Assembly: GCA_012295275.1 (NCBI GenBank)
Contig: CM022673.1
Location: forward strand, 9,114,001 to 9,178,000
DNA: 64,000 nucleotides
Origin: Chrysomallon squamiferum
Taxonomy: Eukaryota > Animalia > Mollusca
Direction of reading: 5' to 3'
The notes under the pieces are model-generated. The model saw only the letters and a list, made by a program, of their open reading frames with translations, had not been told where the DNA came from and did no database searches. This document shows positions 46,663-59,131 of this stretch, one piece after another (the stretch's first letter is position 1; each line of letters opens with the position of its first letter). Position numbers and translations under genes: made by a program.

Positions 46663-46950
46663 GACTTCATTTTTAATGATTCTTTATATAATGGCTCAAA
46701 TACGATTCAGTTAATTTGAAAAGAAAAATCTGTATTCGCTATCGAAAAATTATGCAGTTCAAATTTGGACTATGAATCGTTTGCTGAATTTTAATTTCCT
46801 TTTCAGTCAACTGTGAATTATCTATTTATGTTTACGTAGTTGTTATTATGACCTTTTTTGACTGAAATACACACATGATCGCACACACACTCATACATGT
46901 GATTTTATTTTCTCTTCCTAAATGTTCAACGATACTGACATTAAAGCTGA

Positions 46951-46994
<44 letters not shown>

Positions 46995-47675
46995 CACTAA
47001 TATTACTGTTGTTATTATTAATATTTTACTTTATTTATTTATTATTTATTTCTTGTTTCTTAAACAAATATCTTTTAGTGCATTATCTTAAATGTTTATA
47101 TGATAAAGAAGATTAGTTTAAGTAAAGGTTTGTACATCAAAACAAAATGAAACTGACATAAATGAAATGAATAAAAATACTTTTTACTCAGAAAGTGATC
47201 AATGTTTTTGGTGGGTTTTTTTTTTTTCTGTTACTATTATTATTTATTTTTTATATTATTTATGTCGTTATATAGTTTTCGGAACCCGCTGGTACGACCT
47301 CACAAACATCAAATGCCGCTGACAAGATTTGAATGCGTGGCACCCATTCGCTCGCAGTGTTGTTGCAGTAGCTTTGTTGTTGTCTTTGTTCGTAGAATTT
47401 ATCATTTTATCTTTCAAAAGATCTATCTTACAACGAATCAGGAAGAAACCGGTAAAAAAAAAAATAATAAAAAAATAAATAAAGAAAGAAAGAAAACAAT
47501 TGTTCTGCACTGTAACTCGATACAAAGACTCAATTTAATTTTGGAAATGTTTAATCTCAGCAGATGACAAATACATGTAGGGCACGTACCTGAATGGGTC
47601 ATGCGGCTTCAGTCATTTTAAACTTTATGAAATCTGAACAGTGTTAGTAATAATAATTTTAAAAATGTAATAAAA

Positions 47676-47722
<47 letters not shown>

Positions 47723-49478
47723 AAATATAATAAAAAATTACTAAGATCAAACGAACAAACAACAAACTAACTCAATTCATATCCACTTTTCACAAAGTTG
47801 TAGTCTTCACCTACGTCTACTTGGAATTGTCGTTCAGCTTGTATTCAGTTTGAACTTCACAAACTGTTATTAATAATTCACGATCTCGTATTAAAATGTA
47901 TTAAAACATTTTGCAGCATTATCAACATCTCAAAGTATGCAAGTAAAAAAAAGGTAAATGGTGTTTATTGATGTTACTTAAAGGAAATCTGTGTACATAT
48001 ACTATCACCTACTGGGAGTTAACACCATCACAACAACACATTACATCATAACACATAAATCAATTTTTAATTCTTAATTATTATTTTTTTAATTTCTTTC
48101 TTTCTTTTACAATTCTATTTATTTAGTTATGAGTTTTCCCCTGTGCTGAGAAGCACAGAAACAACAACAACAACAACAACAAAAAAAAACAAAAAAAAAA
48201 ACATCAACAACCGATAACAAAACAACAAAATAAAACACAAACAAAACAAAACAAGTAATAAATAACTAAACAGATAACTAACTAACTAACTAAATAAAAA
48301 AAAGACAAAAACAAAACGAATAAAAAACAACAACAACAACAACAGCAAAGGAAACAACGTGAATGAGTGGTGGTTCCCAAACACTCGTCTTTGTTAGTAG
48401 TAGTAGTAGCAGTTGTTGTTTTTGTTATAGTAGTAGCAACATTGGTAGTAGTACTGGTAGTTGTCGTCCTTGTGGTAGTAACAGCAGCTGCAGCACCAGT
48501 AGCAGTAATAGTAGTAGTAGTAGTAGCAGTAGTAGTAGTAGTAGTAGTAGCAGTAGTAGTAATAGTAGTAATAAACACTGCTATTTATTTAAAAGTTTTC
48601 TTAACTTTTTGAAATTGGCCTCATTAATAAATAAACCCAGGCTTTTGTAAAACTAGAGAAAAGCGGGGAAAATATTATAATCATTGTGAGGTTGATGGTC
48701 GAAAGATTGGCAGTTATTGTTGTGACATATTGTCAGAGGGCTTCTTCTTTCAGTATTTTACGAGGCTACCCTCCAAAAAAACCCTTAAAAATAAATAAAT
48801 AAATAAATAATCAGAAAAAAAGAAAAAAACCGAAAAAGGAAAAAGACATTCGACATTTAAAACAACCGAAAAAAACCTGCACAACCAGTCTCACAGTCAA
48901 CAATTCCCCCCTCCTAAAAAAAAAAAAACAACAACAGCCATTTGATATTTCATTCAGTCAGTGCAAATGCTAATAAATCCATTTTTGTCGTGATAAATTG
49001 CATTACGTGCGGCTTCACATTTCCAACTAGAATTTAAAACGACACTAGTTTACGTCATTAAAGAGACAACAGTCAAATGTATCGTTATTTTTCTTTAAAA
49101 TTAATTTCCCCTGTCATACTTTAAATCTTTAAAGATATTATTTTCTATACTAAGAAAAATAACCGACATCCTGTTTGAATTTATGACTCACCTTAGCAGT
49201 ATGTATAAGTTTATGATAATAATTATAATAATAATAACAACAACAACAAGTTATCTGATGAAAACATCCAAGCCGCTGGTAAAAATAAAAATATCTTTAT
49301 TTAAAAAAAAAAAAAAACAGTGATATGAAAAACACGTACAATTAAATTAGATTATAAAAATAAAAACTACTCTCTAAAGACATATTCTCAGTTAGACATA
49401 TACATCTCTAAATGAAATAAGGTTATTTATTAATAATGTGATGGATACTGATAATTATATCTTACACTTTTGCGACCT

Positions 49479-49522
<44 letters not shown>

Positions 49523-49927
49523 CAACAATAATAATAAATCAATTACTGAGTAATATCTTTGATAATAAGGAGTTAACAACTGCAACGTGACTAATTCAGT
49601 ATTTAAAAACTTTTTTTCTTTATTTCTTTTAAAATAATGATATATCTGGTTGATGTCTTCTAACTTAGGAATAAAAAATAAAAAACAGTTATTATGTCGA
49701 AATTCATTATTCTGTGATAAAAAACAATTGATATCCACAGACGAAGGAACAAATGAAGAATAGTATCTACATCATCAACACCGACTTTGGCATAAATAAC
49801 AACAGCAACAACAATAACAACAACGCAGATATTTGTATTTGCATTTAAACTTTTTAAAGTAATAATTAGTATGCGAATATATATATAGAGAGAGATATAT
49901 ATATATAGATATAGATATATAGATAGG

Positions 49928-49998
<71 letters not shown>

Positions 49999-50308
49999 TC
50001 ACACACACAGCCATCATGTAAAAATTCTTATGCTACACGACATCAACAACAACAATGCAAAAGTAACCCACAAAATTAAAATAAGAAAAAACAACCATAG
50101 ACTTAATATTAACACCTTCGAATAAATAGTATCTTACCTTTGTCGTACATACACATACTTATATCTACCCGTATATGCATACACATACACACACTCACAC
50201 GCCACAACATAAACACACACATGTTGAACATACATACATACATACATACATACATACATACATACATACATACATACATTCATACATACATACATACATA
50301 CATACATA

Positions 50309-51027
50309 GATTTACGAGTTTAATTCGTTCCGTGGCTAACCTCGTAACTCAATTTCCTCGTATATCAAATCTATTTTCCCAAATGAAACTAATTGAAATA
50401 CCATTAATGCGTTCCAGCCCCCACAAAAAAAAAAAAAACCCCAGTTTTTTGTAACGTGAATTTAAATAAGAAATATATATGTATAAATGATAAATATTGT
50501 ATAAAAAAAAAAAATAAAATAGAATGTAAAGAAATAAATTGGTTTTGTCAAGTGTACAGGATTAGGGTTTCTCCATCTTTTCATGGACAGAGGTCCGCTG
50601 CTTATAATTTTTTTTAACGTCTTTGGCTGGTTTTATAGCCTTTATCGACTCCTTCTGCTTCAGTGTGATATATATCATAAAAGTACTATGCTGTTACTGC
50701 CTAGCCATGTTGACTACCTCGCTCATGTTTTTCTATGATTTCATGCTTTAATTCAATGGACATCATCCTCTTCTTCTTCTCAGCTCTGTCCTTTGCTCTC
50801 ACTTCATTAGGATCCATGGAAATTTGGCAAAATACTGCACAAAACAACAGAGATGCTTCCGCGGCGAGGTAACCACGTGAAGCAAATGATGCTGGATGGA
50901 TGTTGTGTTGTTCGTTGCGCCAACTAGCGGCGGCGTATCTGAAGCTCGCTCGTAACTCGGATTTTGGCTCGCAACTGAAAGCAAAAAATCGACCGGGCTG
51001 CTGCTCGAAACTCGAAGTAGCACTGTA
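50309..51027 (-). mobile_element. Internally deleted Tigger/pogo transposon (copy 2)
   Basis: Starts gatttacgagtttaattcgttccgtg (outer TIR lost in a TACA tract) and ends ctcgaagtagcactg-ta. The minus strand encodes MDPNEVRAKDRAEKKKRMMSIELKHEIIEKHERG (Tigger/TIGD1-like N-terminus) before a frameshift. Collinear with 3752-4150 and 5040-5248. Confidence 0.85.
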
Positions 51028-51256
51028 TACATACATACATATACATATATACATATCAATATACATAAATAACTCTTTGTTAAAATGAAAAGCCCAAAAT
51101 GTTTATGGGTGGCCATAATGAATGCTAGAATGCTTAAAGCAAAAACAACAAAGAGTCAAAACAGTTTTCAAAAGCTAGAAACACTGTACTTCTATGACCA
51201 GTATCAAACTTGATCCAGGAGATGACATCCTTCAAAATTATTTGAAAAGCGTGACA

Positions 51257-51351
<95 letters not shown>

Positions 51352-52017
51352 GAACTACAGTTCTATTCAGTTCTAAAACATTTTACAAGGACTTGTTAAA
51401 TATTTTTTTTTATTTTATTTTATTTTATTTTTTTACTGATAAATGTCAGGATGCCCTATGTGCCAAGTTAAATAAGTTCCATAAAAAAGAAAAAGAAGAA
51501 GAAGAACAAGAAGAAAAAAAAAAGGGGGGTTAAGCTGACAAAACACATAGGAGGTAAATGTTTGTGTAACATTTTTGCCAAATAAGGCTTGGAAATTAAC
51601 TGAAGTGTTTAAGGTTAACGTGAAATAAAGTTGTTTTAACCAATCACAGTGAACATCCTGGTTTGCTGTTTAGTTCAGTTATACAATTAGTTACACAATC
51701 ATTCACAATAAAGAATTATGTTAGTCAAAATTTACATATAAATGAAATTGCTGAAAATGCGGTAAGTGTCGGTGCTGAATACAGTTTTGGGGTGTCATGG
51801 AATACCTGACATCTTCCTCGTTCCAAACTGTTCTTTGAAAACAACAACAACAACAGAAGCGCAAAACAACCTCCAAAAAAAACCCACAACAACAACAACA
51901 ATAAAAAAATAATAATAATAAAATAAAATAAAATAATAATAATAATTGTAAAATAACTTCTGTTAAAAGAACAAAAACATTATTTTTCTCATTGCCAAAC
52001 ACCCCTATTAAACAGGA

Positions 52018-52137
52018 TCTTTCGCAAGGTCGTTGATCCGGGTGTGATATTGCGCAATGCGTATAGATTTCAAAAATTCCCCTAAATTCAAAAATTCGAC
52101 TATAAATAAGAGTGAGTGGAAGGACAAGTCATCATTC
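52018..52137 (+). promoter_or_regulatory. Promoter of the BRICHOS-like AMP gene: C/EBP palindrome, kappaB-like site, TATA box, Inr
   Basis: ATTGCGCAAT 52049-52058 (perfect C/EBP palindrome), TTTCGCAA ~52020-52027, AAAATTCCCC 52073-52082 (GGGGAATTTT on minus), TATAAATA 52101-52108, TCATTC 52132-52137, ATG at 52194. Confidence 0.7.
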
Positions 52138-52193
52138 AGAAGAAATTTTCTCAGAGACGAAGAAAGAAGAGAAAAACTGTAGAACCGACCATC

Positions 52194-53472
52194 ATGAAGG
52201 TAAACTTTTATTTATCTTTGTTATTTTTCTTTTTAAATGTATGTATTAATACTTTAAACTTTTTTCTTTTTTTTTATCAATCACAGTGTTAGTATTGCAT
52301 TTCATTATAAATTTTTAAGGCACATTGTAAGAAAGCGTTCAATTTATATAAAAACTTAGAATGCTTTACGGTGCTTATTTTTTATTTTATTATTTTTCCT
52401 TTTTTACTGCGTCGTATATTTTATAGAGTGCTACGTTAAATGAACTAAACAGAATAATTTCTTGACGTCTCCTTTATTTTTTATCATTTTCTTAACTCTT
52501 TTAAACTTAAATTTAAAACAAAATCAAATAAATTATCAAATAAACAAACATTACTGAAAAAGAAAAAACTAAAAGAAAAAACCCCACGGAAATAAAAAAA
52601 AAAACCATAAAGAAAACAAAACAATTTAAATTATTATTATTATTATTATTTCTATTTCCTATTTATTTTATTTTTCAGTTTGCACTTGTCATTGTTGCAG
52701 TTTTCCTGCTACAGTTCACAAATGCGCTGCCTGTAAGTAACTTTTTAGTTTTCAGCTTAGTTTGAATTTGATTATTAGATTTTGTTAATGCGTGTTTATT
52801 ACAAATTTTTATTATTTTCTTAATTTATTTTATTTTTTGTTGTTGTCGTTTTTGATGTTGCTTTTTTTGTTATTTTCAAAATACACAGCCTAACTTTACT
52901 AATATTAATACATACTTATATAAATAGAAATCTACGGAGTTGTTTCAAACACCAGACGGACATATGTACAAAGTTCAGATGGACAGAAATGGAAAAGAGA
53001 TCATTTCAAGAGATGGAGAAGACGACGAAATTACCGTTGCTTTGCACGAACAGGTAAGTAAAATTTCAAAAGTTTTAATATTATTATTATTGTTGTTGTT
53101 GTTGTTGTTGTTCTTGTTAATAAAGCATAAATTCTTGTACCTTTTACCAGAATACTACATAAAGAATTTGGTTCCAAAACGCTATAAATCCCTTTTACCT
53201 GATTTGAGAAAAATGACTATTTCTGCTCTGGAGTTTATGACGTTTTATAAGAAAGGTCTATAGAATTCTGGTGGAAATATTTATGGGCGTTGAACAGCCG
53301 TCAAAAGCTGAAAATTTGGTGACGGTTTCCCTTAAATTTTATTTTGGCGTTTTGGAATTAAACTCTTCATATTTACAAACCACACACACACAAACACACA
53401 CACACACACATACACAGAACCAAAGAGACAAAGGGAGGGAGGGACACACAGAACACAGAGAACACAGAGACC

Positions 53473-53530
<58 letters not shown>

Positions 53531-54394
53531 CATTGATGAACATATATATTTGCAGGGCAAGTGGGTGGTGATTATGCCAAATGACAACACCACGTGTTAC
53601 GTCATCGACATGACAGAGAAAGAAATCCAGGCCAAAGCTACGGTAAGTCAGTTTGTAAATTTAATAGAGAAAGAAAATGTATTTTATATAACGAATCACT
53701 CATCAATTTTTGATGTTGGTCGCCAAAAGTAACTAAGGTTAATGACGATACAGATAGCGAAAAAGAAAAAGAGAAATAATGGATGTTTATACTACCCACA
53801 GACAAGAAAATATAATGATATTAATTATTATTATTTGTTATTGTTGTTGTTGTTGTTGTTGTTGCTGCTGTTGTTATTATTATTATTATTATACTACTTT
53901 TCAGGATCTGGACTTTGAGACGGACGATTATGAAATGAAGACTGTACAGGAGGAGGTTGACGTTAAAGTAAAAGAGACTTGTGAGAAACAAGGCAGAAAA
54001 GGCATCGACATCATCCAACTAGGACCGAAAGAACACACAGACACTGTACCCGCCTTATCCCAGGGTAAATTATGAATTAATTATTTAACTGTGAATTCAA
54101 ATATTTAATTAGAATGACTCAAATTCACGAATAAAAAATAATAATGATAAATAATAAATAAATAAATAAAGCAACGGATATATACATATAAAATCGTACG
54201 ATTGTGTATATGATATAAACCCAAAATACATTCATTTGTTTTAAAATATTTAACAATTTTGTTTTTGTACTACAGGTGGAAAGATTGTCAAACGTTCGTG
54301 GTGTTTAGGAAGACGATGTGTCATCTACAGAATCACAATCAGGGGACGAAGCTACCTTTACATCCGCTGCTGGTACTACTACAGATACTGTTAA
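52194..54394 (+). CDS. Prepro-antimicrobial peptide, BRICHOS-like/arenicin-like (183 aa); exons 52194-52199, 52679-52732, 52928-53053, 53556-53642, 53905-54064, 54276-54394
   Basis: Five GT-AG introns (phases 0,0,0,0,1) give a 552-nt uninterrupted ORF: MKFALVIVAVFLLQFTNA-LPKSTELFQTPDGHMYKVQMDRNGKEIISRDGEDDEITVALHEQGKWVVIMPNDNTTCYVIDMTEKEIQAKATDLDFETDDYEMKTVQEEVDVKVKETCEKQGRKGIDIIQLGPKEHTDTVPALSQGGKIVKR-SWCLGRRCVIYRITIRGRSYLYIRCWYYYRYC*. Signal peptide, acidic propiece with two Cys (CYV and VKETC, BRICHOS-like), KR site, cationic Cys-rich tail. TATA upstream, AATAAA at 54509. Confidence 0.9.
54296..54391 (+). other. Predicted mature 32-aa cationic beta-hairpin peptide SWCLGRRCVIYRITIRGRSYLYIRCWYYYRYC
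   Basis: Follows KR (54290-54295). Seven Arg, no acidic residues, Cys at 3, 8, 25 and 32; C8-x16-C25 with a central RG turn. Confidence 0.8.
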
Positions 54395-54508
54395 ATGTCA
54401 CTGCAGCTTCATGAACTTTGATTATTTTTCAGAATTTAACGTATCCAGTACAACGTCTCGTTTTCTAATGCTATCTTACTAAATATCCTGACTTTGATTG
54501 TAAACGTA

Positions 54509-54519
54509 AATAAAATAAA
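54509..54519 (+). terminator. Polyadenylation signal(s) of the AMP gene
   Basis: Overlapping AATAAA hexamers ~115 nt after the stop, followed by a GT/T-rich tract (tgtttttgtttgtttt). Confidence 0.65.
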
Positions 54520-54692
54520 ATTAATGAAACTGTTTTTGTTTGTTTTATGAGTGTGATTTGTTAGATGTTAGTTTATATACATTTTGATTATAAACCCAGT
54601 CTTTTTTCTTTCTTTCTTTTTCTTTTTACAAAATAGTAAGTAATTTAAAATTGTCATTTCACTTTATTCACATCTTTTCCTAATATCTGAAA

Positions 54693-54730
<38 letters not shown>

Positions 54731-55809
54731 AATAACGAAATATATAACTCAAAGACTGAAAAATAATTTCGTATTAAAATCTGCAAAGAATTTGTTAGTA
54801 ATATATTTTTATATGTTAAAAATTATTTTAAAACTCAAAAGAGATGATTAGTTATTTATAGTTTTCGTAGTTGTTGTTGTTGCTTTTTTAAAATTCTAAA
54901 CATTTATTATTATATCTTACGACGTTTAAACTTGAACTTAAATTTCATTGAAAAGAAAGTTCTAACAGCATCCAGTAATGACGGAATGGGAGTTGTTTAA
55001 GAGGGACATCAAAATCGTTGAAAATGAAGCAGATAAAATGTATGTTAGTCACAAAAAACAACATTTTCAAATTAAATGAATAGGTGCTATCATAGCAAAA
55101 GTGCTGACTATAAAAAAAAAATTAAAAATCTTAGTTTTATAATTAATTCAATTTATATATTAAATATATGTAATTGTTTTCTGAAAAATATATATATAGA
55201 TATAAACACACACACACACACACACACGCTCACACACACAAACACACTACTCTGTTTTAAACCTACCCCAACACGTAGAGGAAATTGTTTTTCATCTATA
55301 TTTTTATATTTCTTTAGATAAACAGGATGTGTATCTTTTGATAATTAATACAAATTTGATTGTGCATCATAATTCGGACAAAATGTTTTAAAACACACAG
55401 CATAAACTTTCCTTCGATAACAAGAGGCAGAAATATAAAATAACAATTCTCTAACGTGACTTGTCTGTTAATATGTTGGTCCGGGACGAATCTTCAAAGC
55501 CCTACGTTTGAGAGAATAAAACATTCTCTTCCACATTTTCGAGACAATAAAATGAAATAAAATAAAACAAAATAAAATAAAAGTAAGATATAGCCATTAC
55601 ACTGTGCAGTAAACAATCCACTATTCAGTAACAAACTAGTACACAATTCTGTTGAAATAATGGTATTTAACGTTCGTTTGTTACGTTGAAAGAACACATT
55701 CTGCCACGTGGGAAACTTTGAAATCAACTCGAAAGACGTCCGTGTAATTAAAATTATGCGAGCTTTTCGAACATTTTATTCAAAAAGGTACACAACACAT
55801 TTTTGAATC

Positions 55810-55925
55810 TACCATTATTGACCTTCACATTTAGGACTAAGAATAGAGATACAAGGAGGAGAAAACCTGTTTTTGTGGCGACATTTCCTGCACTTTCTTA
55901 ATTAGCAACAAAGGATCGTTTACGG
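55810..55925. mobile_element. Probable SINE core remnant
   Basis: gaggagaaaacctg...ctttcttaattagcaacaaaggatcgttta resembles the same recalled core as 35655-35716; heavily decayed. Confidence 0.35.
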
Positions 55926-56371
55926 AGATTACGCCCTTCGATTCCTTCACATTATGTTTATATCAAATTATGCCTTTGTATTATTAAATTTATAATCGGA
56001 CCAAATCTGACCAACAGCTGTTTTAAATAATATGGATAATCTCCCTTCGTACACTCTTATAAAGACAATAAGGAAAAAAATGCTTTGTTTAAAGTGTATT
56101 TTACATCTAAGATTATACGGAGTCATATCTATGGGTAAATACACTCATTTAAGCAAAACACGCTAAATATTTTTTTACTCATGTCATTTCTAACTTTCTT
56201 TTATAAAATAAATCAACAATTCTTGGAGGATAACAGTTTAGCAGTGAGTAACTCACAGACTGGTTGCTCTGGAACACGGCCCTGGTTTAGTTTCGTTCTG
56301 GAACCTCACGTAACACAATTGTTACGAACGACAGTTGGTGAAAATATAGAAATTCGTTGTGAAATTTCCAA

Positions 56372-57454
56372 TCATAGTTCACAATTAAGTTGTACACCGT
56401 TCGACTCTTCGCTTTTAAAAGCGTGCATGTCAACTAAGTCCTGGAAAACAGAAAATAAGGGAAAAAGTGTAATTATAAATATATGTATGATATGCACGTA
56501 TGTAAGAGTGTGTATGCATGTCCTTTTTGCGTGTGCGTGTATTTGTGTGCGTGTATGTGAACGTGCAGCGTAAGTGTGTGTGTCGTTCCTATAATCATTG
56601 TTAACATAAGATATTACCACGGCTTTATTGTGCATATCGGCGGCCACCTTCGACTTCTGACAGGAGAGATCTTTGTTGGAGGAATGTACGGCGGAATAAG
56701 CTTCCGTGTACATCAGGGCAGACGTCCAGTTTTTTTATGCATACTCAGTCATTAATCGGTGCTGGTTTCATCTTCAGCGAATAAAGGCGATAATCTGAAA
56801 TGGAGACCAATAATAATAATAATAATAATAAAAAAAATAATAATAATAATCGTGGAATGCAAAAGTTTATAATTTTTATTAATTTGTATGTGATAATTAT
56901 ATTCGCATAATTATAGTGTTTGAAATTTCCACGAAACATAACTCTTTTACTCTAAAACGTTATATTAGTTTTGAAGTTATCTTCCCCTTATTTTATCTGT
57001 TTAGAGAAACAAATCTTGAGAAGGTCTGACGGGAAATAACAAATATTGTAATCCAAACAACGGAACGAACATTAGAGTTGCCCGTAATGCTTTCCTGTAA
57101 AAGAAAGAAACAAAAAATAATGAAAGAAGAAACATTAGTAATGAATACACACACACCTATGTACATACAGACAGCCACACACACATACATACACAAATTA
57201 AGTAAAATACTTACTTGTTTTAGAAACGCTAATGAGATCTGTGTACTGATGTATAAATATAAGGAAAATACGAATTCACGATAACATACTTGATATTAAA
57301 ACTTTAAAAGAAATATTTAATTAATTATCCGTGTAAATAATATCTGAGTTAATTGGGAACAGCGAATTCAAATAGCAAGCTGTGTACCGCGGCAATATCA
57401 TAATATTATTTCTTTTTTATTTTATGTATTTATCTATTTATTTATTTACTATTA

Positions 57455-57541
<87 letters not shown>

Positions 57542-58232
57542 ACACACACACAGATGTACAATAAGAGATCGATAATGAATATTTATAAGTATATTTTTGT
57601 GTATACTGATTAATGTCTTGTACGAGAGACGAGAGAGGAATCTTAATGATGACAGTTTTTGGTTTTGTTGACGTTGATGCTGATGCTGATGCACATGTTA
57701 TTGGTATTGTTCTCTTACTGTTCATATTGCTGTTGTTTCCCTATCATCATTTCATTGTTTTTTCAATCACATCATTGCAGATATATGTTTCTAGGACTGC
57801 ACTTTTTCTATAAAGAGAAAAGTCTCGAATATAAACAACATTAATTACTTTAACTAGTTTGTCTCAAGCCGAACCCGTTAAGCGTGCACCATGTAACTTA
57901 ATACAGAGACTGAATTGTGTGAATGTTAATCTCAGGTAGACGAGAGACATTCAACGGTTCATCCGGGTTCAGTCATTTTAATCTGTATGAGATCAAGACT
58001 GTGTTACTAATGTATCTCATAGAATAATAACAATTATTTAAAAAAAAAAAAAAAATATTTACTTAGTTTTTTTACAATTTTATTTTCCTCTTTTCCTATG
58101 AGCTGAGAAGACGAGGATATGTCCGTTCCTATACTGTTAATTGATATCAAAAAATAAACAACAACAGACACAAACAACAAAAATTAAAAAAAAATATAAA
58201 AATAAAAAGACAAAGAAAAAAAAGCAAAACAA

Positions 58233-58301
<69 letters not shown>

Positions 58302-58542
58302 AATAAATAAATAAATAAAAGATAAAATAAAAATAAAACAAAGCAACATGAACAGTAATCTGAAAACAACTGAAAAAGGACTGGTTCCCAAATTTCAAAA
58401 ATTAAAAACATCAAATCAAAAAAAAAAAAATAACATGAACATTGAACTGATTATTATTTTTTAAAATTACTTATGATCATTATTATTGTTGTTGTTGTTT
58501 TATTTTTTATATTTTGTATATTTTTATTATTATTATTATTAT

Positions 58543-58583
<41 letters not shown>

Positions 58584-59061
58584 GGTGTTGTTATTGTTGT
58601 TGTTTTAATCAGTTCTGTAGAAGGTACTGCTACTACAACTAGTACTACTACTACTATTACTACTACTACTACTATTATTATCTCTACTACTACTACTACT
58701 ACTACTGCTAATAATCATAATAATAATGACATATGTTCGTTATCTCTGACAATCGGTTTAAAATTTTTTTTAAACTGCAATCACAAAGCGTTCGTAAATA
58801 TATACACATACATACAGACAGACAAATACATAGATAATATATACATAGATATATACATGTACACATATATACAGAGACCTATACATACAAACATAAATAT
58901 TTATACATACATACATACATACATACACACATACATACACACATACATAAATACATGCATATATAGATACATTCCTACAGACATACAGACATACACAGAG
59001 AGAAAAATACATTTAATTTGTACTGAAATTAGAAAAACATAAATAAATCTTTCCAAAATAC

Positions 59062-59131
<70 letters not shown>

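Noticed and set aside
53271-53732. 153-aa ORF as a standalone gene
   Set aside because: Only 53556-53642 is exon 4 of the AMP precursor; the rest is intronic microsatellite read-through.
56618-56794. Selenocysteine or stop read-through rescuing the receptor
   Set aside because: The stops include TAA as well as TGA, other exons are frameshifted, and TM7 is missing; ordinary pseudogenisation explains it.
56372-57094. Receptor relic as the cognate receptor of the neighbouring PTH-like peptides
   Set aside because: The TM6 motif (KALRAT...LQYLLFPVRP) is calcitonin/DH31-type, not the KSTLVL..LFGVHY type of PTH receptors.
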